From: Octopus vulgaris
Lineage: Eukaryota
Reading direction: 5' to 3'
Assembly: GCA_951406725.2 (NCBI GenBank)
Contig: OX597825.1
Location: 21,824,001 to 21,888,000 of the forward strand
DNA: 64,000 nucleotides
How positions within the stretch are numbered: the first letter of the stretch is position 1; every line of letters starts with the position of its first letter. This document shows positions 1 to 11,658 of the stretch, piece by piece. A program made the position numbers and the translations under genes. The notes beneath the pieces are model-generated. The model saw only the letters and a program-made list of their open reading frames with translations, ran no database searches and was not told where the DNA came from.

Positions 1-103
1 TCACGGCCAAGGTTCAAAGGGCTAAGAAAATGTCTATGCCTGCTAGCAACTACAATAGGTTCTAAAACAGCGTAAATGATAAAGGAAAAACAATGAGCTT
101 CTT

Positions 104-116
104 TTATATATACATA

Positions 117-189
<73 letters not shown>
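104..189. repeat. (TA)n microsatellite
   Basis: Near-pure TA run; one of many in the window. Confidence 0.95.
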
Positions 190-191
<2 letters not shown>

Positions 192-952
192 ATTCATGCG
201 ATAACAGTTTGGGTGTAGTTCTATATTTGATGTTTATATTTTGGAACTAGCTCACTTTATAATATCTCTTGCCCACGATTAAATCCTTCTGCAGCAAGAC
301 GACTGTGCATTTACGATTCCATGTATATCTAAATTACTTCAGTTCAATCTAAAAATAGTTTAAGAAATGTTGCATCTATTGCACGACACGCCATTTTCCT
401 TACGTTATCGCTATGAAAATATGATACCTTCAAACATTTGAAAGCCATTATTTAGAAAATAGGTTGTTCAGTGTTACAGAAATGGATATCTACTAGTCAT
501 TGTATCATATGAGATAAAACATAATGAAGGTGATATCCGGAAGATCAATACAGTTGATAAATATGAAATTATTCCACGAAGACTCAAACAACGAAGTCAC
601 TTAATAGACTTGTTTGTCATATAAATTACTGTGGCAATGATATTACTTAAGGCTATGTTCTTTCAAGTAGTTTGTAGTGTGATATGGAAGAACTAAGAAA
701 ACAGTGGCGAAAATTAATTGCAGTACAGGAAAATCGTCTTTTACGGTATTGAAATAAACAAAACTGTTAAATAAACGGCACCCAGAAGAGAAAAGGAAGG
801 GAAGTGTCCGTTAAGGAGAGCCACGGGAACTTTTGATAATTTCCGTTAATTAAATGATTGTCATGAAAAGAAAGTTTTCACTGTATCTAAAGTGAATCGT
901 TTGATCTCATGGTACAGTACAGTATTTTAATTTGCAATACCTATATATTTAT

Positions 953-1201
953 TGTGGAGGCGCGTGACTTAGTGATTAGGGTGTCAGCATCATGATCGTA
1001 AGATTGTGGTTTCGATGCCTGGACCGGGTGACGTGTTGTGTTCTTCAGTAAAACACTTCATTTCACGTAGCTCCAGTCCACTCTGCTGGCAAAAATGAGT
1101 AACGCTACGATGGACTGGCGTCCCGTCCAGCTGGGGAACACATACGCCACAGAAACCGGGAAACCGGGCCCATGATCCTGGGTAGGCTTCAAAAGGGCGC
1201 A
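953..1201 (+). mobile_element. tRNA-derived SINE (family A)
   Basis: tRNA-like head with A-box-like (gtgacttagtga) and B-box-like (ggtttcgatgcc) motifs, followed by a body related to degraded copies near 14820-15060 and 37585-37740. Confidence 0.7.
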
Positions 1202-2844
1202 GAAAGATATATTTATTACGTTAATACAACGTGTTTGTTACCTGAATTATGCTTATATTTCTTCCTTATATCTCTCATTTCTACTATATTCTGGGTCACT
1301 TATATAAAAAAGTCAGTTAACCAGCAACCTTTCTGTCCTAGTAGTATCGGATTAGAGGAAGTTTACTGTATTTAATTATACCTCTCAAATAAATGGCGCA
1401 GATTTCCTGTTACTCCAGCTGCTATGAATTAATTCATGTTTCTTAAAAGAAATATGTAGCATTGAAAAATATGAATTTTGTATTACAAAATAAGAAACGT
1501 AAATATTGAGTGAGAAATGTCGTGGATATAGTTACCAAGCTTAGCAACAGCGAGTAAAGGACATGTAGGGATATACCTAACAGAGGATAAAGTTAGAGTT
1601 ATGTGCTGAGTGTCGGAAAAGGAAGTCCACTGTACGTTACTAATTTCATAAGTAATAACCATTTTTGTTACAAAACATCTGGGCGGGGAATAGAATAGAG
1701 TAGGTAAGGCAAGTGATAGAGAAAAAAGTTACTAAGTTTTAATATCTCTTTATGTTTCAAGATCAAATAGGAATGATATAGATTTTCCTTCCCAATGTTT
1801 GTGGTCGATAAGATAGAATTTAATTGAAATCAAATCTCCTTTAAATTTGCATGTCTTTGAACCTACTGAAAAATCAATTAATATGCTTTTGCTTGTTAGA
1901 AATTCCTTCTAGTTTGGTAGGTTGACTCTATTATATTATTGATTTCATACTTAGCTACAAAACCGCACGTTTAGAGAAGAAGCGAGAAGTAGTTCTTTGA
2001 TGTTTCACTCATACCTTTCATCTTGTTAGGAGGATATACGTGTAGCCATACAACTTTAAATACGAATCGAACAACAATCTCATCTCGGTGAGAAGTCTTT
2101 CTTCTTCTGTACGATTCGCATCTTGTAACGCCAAATAATAAGAAATATTATTTTGTTTGGATGGGTAAATTACATGTGGTTATCATGAAATATTTCATCT
2201 TTCCGTGAATGACAAAGTGTAATGTCGTTTTACTCAAGTTATAGATACTGAAATTTCAGATAGCAATAATTGTATTATAGAAAATATAGTAACTTTTCGT
2301 AACCAATATAACACCTGATGAGGATTGCGAGATTTCATGGCGTATTATGTTTGGTGGACAGTCGAAATATGGTGGTGGCCACGTGCAGGATTGATTTCAG
2401 TGAATACATGCTGTGAGAAAGCGGAAGTTCGAACCCCGTACAAGACTGAACTCCGCTAAGAAAAATTGACCTCGACAAGGATATGATCTCAGAAAGCAGA
2501 GAGATGGAGCATAAGTCAAATGATACTCTATTCGATGCTCGTACCTCTCGTATAACATTGTGATTTATATCGACAGTCATTAATCGATTGGCAGAATTGC
2601 TAGAAGGTCCGTCAAACATGCCATTTAGTAATTCTTCTAGGTATTTACAATCTCTGTTTAAATTCCACCGGGAGCATCAGAGTCTTTAAACTCTCCGGGT
2701 TCATGGAATTAAGTACTGGTTCTGGTTTAATCGACTCTTCACCATAAGAATTGTGTTTATGTTAGAAATTCTAAAGAGATTTGGATTGACAGATTCGATA
2801 CAGAGCCTGAAAACGAGGGCCTAAACTTTTCATTTAACCCCGCA

Positions 2845-3180
2845 CGGCTGTGAAGAAGTTTTAGTCGAATGAATCGACCTCAGTTGTTTTTATAAGACCG
2901 GGTGCTTATTGCATAGTTATCTTTCATCGAACATTGTTAAGTTACGGGAACGTAAACTCTGCAACACTGATTGTCAAGTGGTGGTAGTGGGACACATACA
3001 GAGGTGCGCGCGCACGCACATATTTACGACGGGCTTCTTTCAGTTTCCGTTTCCCAAATCCACTCACGAGACCGTGGTCATCTTGATTCTATACCAGAAG
3101 ACACCTGCCAATGTTGTTACGCAATACGACTGAACCCGGAACCATGTGGTTGGGAAGCAAGCATCTCACCACACAGCCGT
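2845..3180 (-). mobile_element. SINE family B, degraded copy
   Basis: Reverse complement of the 12731-13163 element (gggcttctttcagtttccgt...aaatccactcac...gaacccggaaccatgtggttgg). Confidence 0.75.
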
Positions 3181-3544
3181 ACCAACGCCCAATTGATATA
3201 GATTCAATCAGGAATTCAGGATATTCTATTGAAAATATGATCGCTTTTCAGAGTTTTGCATCAATGCGAAAGTCGTTTATTTAACGCACCGTGTACAACA
3301 AAGTAACATGGGAATGAGAAAAAGCTTATTTATCATTTTATGTAATTTGACATTCAATTTCGTCTATTACATATTACACTCATCGGATCATAATTCTCCT
3401 CCGAAATTCGAATTGAAAATATTTATTCCATATACGCATATTTAATTATATCGTCTGGAAGAAAACGAATAATCTTGAACTTAAATTCATTTCGTATATA
3501 ATCCAATGTTTATTCTATATCACCAAGAAGAGGGTAATAATAAT

Positions 3545-3940
3545 CATTTCTGCTGGAGGTACAAGATACGAAATTTGTGGGAAAGGACTACACGATTCTG
3601 TCAATCGCAGTGCGTAACTGGTACTTAATTTATCGACCCTGAAAGAATGAAAGGTAAAGTCGATCTCGGCGTAATTTGAACTCAGAACGTAATGACAGAC
3701 GAAATACCTATTTCTTTACTACCCACAAGAGGCTAAACACAGAGAGAACAAACAAGGACAGACAAACGGATTAAGTCGATTATATCGACGCCAGTGCGTT
3801 ACTGATACTTATTTAATCGACCCCGAAAGGATGAAAGACAAAGTTGACCTCGGCGGAATATGGGCTCAGAACGTAAAAAACGGATGAAATGCCGGTAAAT
3901 TTTTTGCTCGGCGTGCTAAGAAGTTCAACAGATCTCCACC
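3545..3940 (-). mobile_element. SINE family C, partly tandem copy
   Basis: Two repeats of tggtacttaatttatcgaccc-gaaag-atgaaagg-aaagtcgacctcggcgg-atttgaactcagaacgta; matches 56896-57290 in reverse. Confidence 0.8.
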
Positions 3941-3977
3941 TTTTATAGGATTAACAACGACAACAGCCTAGACTGAC

Positions 3978-4299
3978 TGGCACTCCGTCGCTTACGACAA
4001 CGAGGGTTCCAGTTGATCCAATCAACGGGACAGACTGCTAGTGAAATTAACGTGCAAGTGGCTGAGCACTCCACAAACACACGTACCCTTCGCATAGTTC
4101 TAAGGAGTATTTAGTGTGTCGCAGCGTGTGAAAAGGCTAGCCCTTCGATTTACAGGTACAACTCATTATTGCCAGCTGAGTGGACTAGAACAACGTGAAA
4201 TAAAGTGCGTTGCTCAAGGACACAACTCCCCACCGGGAATCGAACCCACGCCCTTACCATCGTGATCAGAATACCCCTACTAAGCCACGCTCCTTCACA
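3978..4299 (-). mobile_element. tRNA-derived SINE (family D2)
   Basis: Minus-strand tRNA-like head (ggcttagtagg...gggttcgattcccgg); body shared with 22860-23150 (+) and 38620-38942 (-). Confidence 0.7.
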
Positions 4300-4315
4300 C
4301 AACAGCAACAACAGT

Positions 4316-4775
4316 TGAGGTGCAATATCCCAGTGGGTAGGGCAGCTATTTCCGCGGTTTCGATTCCCGGTCCGGGCATTGTTAGTGTTTATTGAGCAAA
4401 AACACCTAACCTCCATGAGGCTCAGGCGTGGGGTGGTGGTGAACCCCGCTGTACTTTTTCACCATAACCTTCTCTCACTCTTTCTTGCTACTTCTGTCAC
4501 AAAGCAGAGGAACCATGGTGTAATCCACTATGGTGTGGTAAACTTTCAGACCCTAGTCTAGATTGCGAATCCTCTGTGCCCCAGGATGATTCAGCTCGCC
4601 ACCCGTTAAAAGTCATCGTTTACGAAATGAGGATAACAACGTAGCTTTCTCGCCCGTGCAACCGCCAGTCTATCGGGTGTGGTGGGTGGATCTTCAAGTT
4701 GCCACACGAATTCTCAGTAGCTTAAACTAGATTGAATTAGAAATTATTCTTTGTGGCTAATGGCGTGAGTCCTGA
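4316..4775 (+). mobile_element. tRNA-derived SINE (family D)
   Basis: Collinear reverse-complement match to 55105-55573; tRNA-like head with ggtttcgattcc B box; followed by a (GAA)n tract at ~4780-4863. Confidence 0.75.
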
Positions 4776-4826
4776 TTGGAAGAAAGAAGAAGAAACGAAG
4801 AAAAAGAAGAAGAAGAAGAAGAAGAA

Positions 4827-4858
<32 letters not shown>

Positions 4859-5370
4859 AGAAGACAGCAACAACAATAATGGCAATTCTTTCTACAATAG
4901 TAACAAAGCCTAAAATTTTGTGGTAGGCGGCTAGTCGATTACATAGTCACCTGTACTCGTACTTATTTCATTGAACTCCAAGGGATGAAAAGCAAAATCA
5001 AGCTCACAGGAACGTGAACTCATGGCGTAAAGGAATGTCACTTAGCAGCTTGTTCAAGCTGCTAATAATTCTGCCAGCTTGGCACCTTCTCGAAATGACT
5101 AAACGCCTGAAATTTTGGAGAAGGGAGATAATCGAATACATTTGTCGTAATATCTGACTGGTATTTAGTTTTCTCGACCCAGAACGGATGAAATGCAAAG
5201 TGAATCTCGGCAGGATTTGATCTAAGAACATGAAAAACCTAAAGAAATGACGCTAATGATTTCGTGATAATACTAAAAGGAATAATATAAAAATGATAAT
5301 ATTAAAAAGAATAATAATAGTAATAATCTTTTCTACAATAGGCAGAAGGTTAGAAATATATATATATATA

Positions 5371-7074
5371 TAAATTGATCAAAATAAAAACATGATGCGA
5401 AGGATTCAGCGGTACATATGTTTCGGGCCTTTATTAGACAGATTTATAACAATGCATAATGTATGTCTGTGGCCTTCTTCAGCCGCGCACAACAGCTTCC
5501 ACAAGGACATGTGTTACATCAAAAATTCTTGGTTGGGGATGCAAATCCTCTCATTCGCGTACGACATAATGCGGCAGCAGCATAGAATTGAAGCGTCCAT
5601 CTCTTTCTTCTCTCAATGTAGAATGAGGAAAATTGGATGTTGAAGTAATGTAAATAAATAAATACATATGTAGACGTGAAGATGGAGGGGCGAGAATTCA
5701 GGACGAGGGATAAAAAATGTATAAAAATTGTAAGTATAGAAAAATATAAAAATGTAGAGCATAAAGATATAAAGAGGTATAAGGAGATGTAAAGGGGGTA
5801 TAAAAAATATAAAGAAATATAAAGAAATATAAATAAATGTAAAGGCATAAGGTTATAAAGTAAAAATAGAAATAGAAATAAAAGTTAAAAAACATGATAA
5901 AAATGTAAAAAAATATAAAGATAAGGGATGTATAGAGGTTACGGACCAAGCATGGTGGTCAGGAGATTGATAAAATTTAGTTGTAGAATTGTCAGTAAAT
6001 CAACAGTTTCGTCTGGGGACCTAATGTGTTGTAAATCAGAGCTGTTGAGCGTTTAATCTGGTTCCTTGAATTAATTGGACTTCTAGTACATACATATCAT
6101 CATGGATACATACACCCATATACACGCGTACATATACGCCTCCAAGCCTATAAGCATACACACGCACTCGCGTGTAAACATGTACATAAACACACACACA
6201 CCCACACGCACGCGCGTACACATACATACATACAACAGAATATCCGCATGTATACACGGACACTATACTTGTACACACTCACATGTACATACGCGCGCCC
6301 ATCCCTACATACACACACGCATATGCCCACGCTTCCAGGTCTAGATATAAGATATTAAAGGATGTATATAAGAACGTATGTAAAGAATCACGTACTCATG
6401 TCTATACGTGCACGCACACACGGCTGTGTGTCCGTATGTGCGTGCACATATACACTTACACACACACACAGAGACACACGGGCATATGGGTATAGCTATA
6501 AGATATTAAAATATGTATGTACATATATGCGTGTGTATATGTATGTATGCGTATACACACGTACACGGACGCTCGTATAGTCAAAAAGTGGATCCATAGG
6601 TAAGTAAATAAACATATATAGAGGTGTAAAGCGATAAGTTAGGGGTAAGAATGAGGGTAAGGGTAAAAATTAGAAATAAAAGTAAGAAATACAGTATAAA
6701 ATAAGAAATACAATGTAATAGTTAGAAATGAAATATAAAAATTATAAAAATTATAAGAGTTAAGGTAAGGGATGAAAATAAAAATGAGAATAAATGGAAG
6801 TAGAATAAAAGTAAAAATAAAAGTAAAAATAAAAATAAAATAAAATAAGATAAAAATATAATTTGGTAAAGTTTAACATGAGATGAAGGTGGTTGAAAGT
6901 TAGAGGTGTGTGTTAAAAGTGCCCACGTAGGGGCGGGCGGGGGGAACTGAAAATTGGAAGGGTGGGAAGTGGAGTTTGGCGGTGTGCGTTCAACATCCGA
7001 GTTAGAAATGTGAAGGGGTATAGATATAGGGAAGTAAAGAGACTATATAGGAAGGATATGGGTGTAGGAGAAGA
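5371..7074 (-). repeat. Left arm of 1704-bp inverted repeat (inverted pseudo-LTR / 3' region of the PLE)
   Basis: Reverse complement of 9621-11324. Mirrored positions sum to 16695 throughout (e.g. ORFs 5392-5643 and 11052-11303), so there are no net indels; about 9 substitutions by eye. Confidence 0.97.
5409..5486 (-). ncRNA. Minimal type I hammerhead ribozyme (mirror of 11209-11286)
   Basis: Minus strand reads GCGG-CUGAAGA-A-GGCC...GGCC-C-GAAA-CAUAUG-UA-CCGC. Confidence 0.8.
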
Positions 7075-8728
7075 CTTAATCGACCTCATTACCAACATCA
7101 ACATTAGTAAACATAAGACCATTTCCAACACCCACTTAAGGAGCCTTAAAGATTTCCTGCATTCACTTAGGAACGATGATAGTCTTATCATACCCGCCGA
7201 CAAGACTGGGAACTGGTATAGGCTAGACTACCAAACCTACAAATCGCTCATCATGAGGGAACTTAGCAAAAAGTATAAAACTACTTCTACGGATAACCTT
7301 AAGGAAATTAACTACAAAATCAAGGAAGTTATGAGCAAATTAGACCTCCTGGACAGAACAGAACCTATTAAACCACAAGTACCCAAAATTACTATTAAAG
7401 ACCATAAGAAAGACTTCCCAGATAATGTAGGAGTACGATTAATCTGTCCGACTAAATCGGATATCGGCAGACTTAGCAAGACTATCCTGGACAAGGTGAT
7501 CCCACACATCAAACCCCACATCCCACTCCAACTATGGATTAACACCGACGATGTGCTAGAATGGTTTAACACTATCACCAATAGGCCCGACTACTCATTC
7601 ATCCAATTCGACATAGCTAGCTACTACGCCAGTATATCCCCCATCTTACTTAACAAATCCCTTATATTTGCCCGCAACCTTTCACTCATAGACAGAGAAA
7701 AAATTGACATAATACTATTAGCTAGAAAAACCATAATAGAATTCGACGGTAGACTCTGGACCAGATCCGATACCCCCGACAATTTTGATGTGGCTATGGG
7801 CTCGAGCGATTCAGCTCAGGTGACTGACTTGGTCGGGGCCTACCTGCTCAAGAAGCTTTTCTCCGAGGTACCGGATCTTCAGGGGGGTCTATACAGAGAC
7901 GACGCTCTCTTCATATACCCCACCAACAATAGGAGTAAACTAGAAAGAATTAGGAAAAAGATCAGGCTTTTTTTCAAATCCTTCAATCTTAAACTAGAAT
8001 TTATGACCAATACTAAAATAGTAAACTTCTTAGATGTTACGTTAGACTTGAATAAGCACCTTCACCACCCGTATAGGAAACCCGAAGAAACTACCAAATA
8101 CATCCATACCTCTTCCAACCATCCACCCTGTATAATTAGCACCACGGTCCAAGCCATCTCAGACAGACTGACAAAACTATCCTCTAATAGAGAAATTTTC
8201 AATAATCATGCACAACACTACAACCAGGCTCTCTATAGTGCCGGGTATAACCAGAGAATATCATATGTAGACCACCCGGGAGCGTCCGTCGGCCATAAAA
8301 CTCCCAATTATAATCGAACTCAGCACTCAACTCACACTAGCGATAATTCTAATTTAAACTCCAAACAACGTATAGGAAATAGGCGAACTAATAGAATAGC
8401 ACACAATAGTAACCCTCCCGACGAGAGCAATATAGATCCTATTAGGAGAAATAGAAGGGATAATAGTAGATTACGCAAATATATATGGTTCAACATACCT
8501 TACAACTTAGCAGTTAGGGGTAAGTTATGTAAGAGAATATTCTCTATCATTTCCAACAACTTCCCACCCACCCACAAGTATAGAAGTATCTTCTCCAACA
8601 AAACCATTAGGATTTCCTACTCTACCCTGCCCAACATGAGCTGCCTCATAGCTAAACATAACTATATTAATATTAGAACAGCTAGATCAAGAGCAAACCA
8701 TAGCGACCAACAGAACCCCCTCATCTAG
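7075..8728 (+). CDS. PLE reverse transcriptase, 5'-truncated (the ORF track start at 6962 is read through the inverted arm)
   Basis: PLE RT motifs: ADKTGN, RLICPTKSDIG, FIQFDIASYYASI (A), FDVAMGSSDSAQVTDLVG (B'), GLYRDD (C, YRDD at 7892-7903), VNFLDVTL, YRKP, YIHTSSNHP, IWFNIPY, IRISYSTLPNM. Confidence 0.92.
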
Positions 8729-9333
8729 ACAGTAGACAATATAACCAGACTGGCAGCCATACTACCCAAACAGTTAGTAATAACACCCGCCAACACAACA
8801 GAGGAAATACTACACCCATCAACAACCAGGAGGATATCAACGCCCCCACTCGTATTGCAACACCTCCGCCTGGGATTAGCAGCACACGACCGAATAATGC
8901 ACTGCAATGCAACTGCAGATGTGCATCAGAGTGCCCGCTGCAGGGCGCATGTAGGGCGAAAAACGTAATATATTCATGTGAGGTGAGTACTCAGTTTAAC
9001 ACACTCACCTATATTGGTTGCTCAACCTCCTGGAAATCCAGATACTACAACCACCGGTCCTCGCTGAGACACAGACATAAGGCTAACAGCACCTCCTTTT
9101 CTAAAAGAATTTGGGAACTAAAAGACAAACGCATAGGCTTCAAACTCAGATGGTCCATCATCGGATCAGCTGCACCTTATTTAAATAATAGAGCAGGATG
9201 CCAACTATGTTGTGTAGAACTCCTGAACATCTTGAAATTCAAAGACAAACACAATCTTATTAACAAAAGGTCAGAGTTCAAACCATCCTGTATACACAAA
9301 CTTATTAATACTTTCAAATACTACAAAGCTTAG
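8704..9333 (+). CDS. Cys-rich linker and GIY-YIG endonuclease of the PLE (-1 frame relative to RT)
   Basis: Frame is open 8704-9333: CNCRCASECPLQGAC, VIY...YIG, WKSRYYNH, CQLCCVE, LINKRSEFKPSCIH, stop TAG at 9331-9333. Confidence 0.88.
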   Translation, partial: RPTEPPHLDSRQYNQTGSHTTQTVSNNTRQHNRGNTTPINNQEDINAPTRIATPPPGISSTRPNNALQCNCRCASECPLQGACRAKNVIYSCEVSTQFNTLTYIGCSTSWKSRYYNHRSSLRHRHKANSTSFSKRIWELKDKRIGFKLRWSIIGSAAPYLNNRAGCQLCCVELLNILKFKDKHNLINKRSEFKPSCIHKLINTFKYYKA

Positions 9334-9473
9334 GTTTTATACCAACTCCCCCATGCAATTTCCTCCCACCCGGTGCAACCTGCCGGCTCCAGCACATCCC
9401 GCTTTCCTATATGTGCGTGTATATGCGTATGTGTGTGTGTATGTATATGTATGTGCACATATGTGTACGTATA

Positions 9474-9504
<31 letters not shown>

Positions 9505-9620
9505 GTGCGTGTGTGTGTGTGTGTGTGTGGGTGTGTGTATGTGCATATATGTTTCCCTACATTTTCCTCCTATATATACAAATTTTGTCTCCCATATATG
9601 ACTTCTTTTCCCTAAATATT

Positions 9621-11324
9621 TCTTCTCCTACACCCATATCCTTCCTATATAGTCTCTTTACTTCCCTATATCTATACCCCTTCACATTTCTAACTCGGAT
9701 GTTGAACGCACACCGCCAAACTCCACTTCCCACCCTTCCAATTTTCAGTTCCCCCCGCCCGCCCCTACGTGGGCACTTTTAACACACACCTCTAACTTTC
9801 AACCACCTTCATCTCATGTTAAACTTTACCAAATTATATTTTTATCTTATTTTATTTTATTTTTATTTTTACTTTTATTTTTACTTTTATTCTACTTCCA
9901 TTTATTCTCATTTTTATTTTCATCCCTTACCTTAACTCTTATAATTTTTATAATTTTTATATTTCATTTCTAACTATTACATTGTATTTCTTATTTTATA
10001 CTGTATTTCTTACTTTTATTTCTAATTTTTACCCTTACCCTCATTCTTACCCCTAACTTATCGCTTTACACCTCTATATATGTTTATTTACTTACCTATG
10101 GATCCACTTTTTGACTATACGAGTGTCCGTGTACGTGTGTATACGCATACATACATATACACACGCATATATGTACATACATATTTTAATATCTTATAGC
10201 TATACCCATATGCGCGTGTGTCTCTGTGTGTGTGTGTAGGTGTATATGTGCACGCGCATACGTACACACAGCCGTGTGTGCGTGCACGTATGGACATGAG
10301 TGCGTGATTCCTTACATACGTTCTTATATACATCCTTTAATATCTTATATCTAGACCTGGAAGCGTGGGCATATGCGTGTGTGTATGTAGGGATGGGCGC
10401 GCGTATGTACATGTGAGTGTGTACAAGTATAGTGTCCGTGTATACATGCGGATATTCTGTTGTATGTATGTATGTGTACGCGCGTGCGTGTGGGTGTGTG
10501 TGTGTTTATGTACATGTTTACACGCGAGTGCGTGTGTATGCTTATAGGCTTGGAGGCGTATATGTACGCGTGTATATGGGTGTATGTATCCATGATGATA
10601 TGTATGTACTAGAAGTCCAATTAATTCAAGGAACCAGATTAAACGCTCAACAGCTCTGATTTACAACACATTAGGTCCCCAGACGAAACTGTTGATTTAC
10701 TGACAATTCTACAACTAAATTTTATCAATCTCCTGACCACCATGCTTGGTCCGTAACCTCTATACATCCCTTATCTTTATATTTTTTTACATTTTTATCA
10801 TGTTTTTTAACTTTTATTTCTATTTCTATTTTTACTTTATAACCTTATGCCTTTACATTTATTTATATTTCTTTATATTTCTTTATATTCTTTATACCCC
10901 CTTTACATCTCCTTATACCTCTTTATATCTTTATGCTCTACATTTTTATATTTTTCTATACTTACAATTTTTATACATTTTTTATCCCTCGTCCTGAATT
11001 CTCGCCCCTCCATCTTCACGTCTACATATGTATTTATTTATTTACATTACTTCAACATCCAATTTTCCTCATTCTACATTGAGAGAAGAAAGAGATGGAC
11101 GCTTCAATTCTATGCTGCTGCCGCATTATGTCGTACGCGAATGAGAGGATTTGCATCCCCAACCAAGAATTTTTGATGTAACACATGTCCTTGTGGAAGC
11201 TGTTGTGCGCGGCTGAAGAAGGCCACAGACATACATTATGCATTGTTATAAATCTGTCTAATAAAGGCCCGAAACATATGTACCGCTGAATCCTTCGCAT
11301 CATGTTTTTATTTTGATCAATTTA
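9621..11324 (+). repeat. Right arm of 1704-bp inverted repeat (PLE 3' region / pLTR)
   Basis: Reverse complement of 5371-7074. Confidence 0.97.
11209..11286 (+). ncRNA. Minimal type I hammerhead ribozyme in the PLE pLTR
   Basis: Stem I GCGG(11209-12)/CCGC(11283-86); core CUGAAGA(11213-19); stem II GGCC(11221-24)/GGCC(11266-69) with a long loop; GAAA(11271-74); palindromic stem III ACAUAUGU; predicted cut after GUA at 11282. Confidence 0.82.
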
Positions 11325-11388
11325 CTCCACCACCTACACCACCAAACGGTATACACAGGTGCTTATAATTATCAAGTACTCACCCCGA

Positions 11389-11393
<5 letters not shown>

Positions 11394-11455
<62 letters not shown>

Positions 11456-11596
11456 TATATATATATGTATATGTATATATATGTATATACATATGTGTAT
11501 GTATATGTATATATATAGATATGTATATATATATGTATATATATGTATATATATATGTATATATATATATGTATAAATATATATACATACATATAC

Positions 11597-11657
<61 letters not shown>
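11394..11657. repeat. (TA)n/(TATG)n microsatellite at the PLE 3' junction
   Basis: Direct reading. Confidence 0.95.

Positions 11658-11658
<1 letters not shown>

Larger units (their letters stand above)
5371..11393 (+). mobile_element. Penelope-like retroelement (C-terminal GIY-YIG, CxCx5C linker, probably Hydra clade), 5'-truncated, with an inverted copy of its 3' region at the 5' side, inserted in (TA)n
   Basis: RT and GIY-YIG coding region at 7075-9333, a ~2-kb 3' region with an HHR, 1704-bp inverted arms, and TA tracts at both ends (5356-5372 and from 11394). Confidence 0.92.

Noticed and set aside
2311-2378. CTGATGA-G-GATTG...CAGTC-GAAA hammerhead-like match
   Set aside because: No proper stem III or UH cleavage triplet, and no TA or repeat context; chance or too decayed to call.
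6637-6672. Telomere-like ttagggg/taaggg motifs in the PLE arm
   Set aside because: Only a few degenerate units within a generally purine-biased tract.
6962-7074. Apparent N-terminus (MGSGVWRCAF...) of the 588-aa RT ORF
   Set aside because: It is the antisense of the element's 3' region inside the inverted arm and starts at GTG. The fusion is accidental and the true RT is truncated at 7075.
7075-9333. Selenoprotein-encoding (Naiad-like) PLE
   Set aside because: There are no in-frame UGA codons in the RT or EN frames, and the endonuclease is C-terminal rather than N-terminal.
5371-11324. Reading the 1.7-kb inverted repeats as DNA-transposon TIRs or a Polinton/DIRS element
   Set aside because: The enclosed ORFs are PLE-type RT and GIY-YIG with no transposase, integrase or tyrosine recombinase, and the right end extends 69 nt beyond the repeat.
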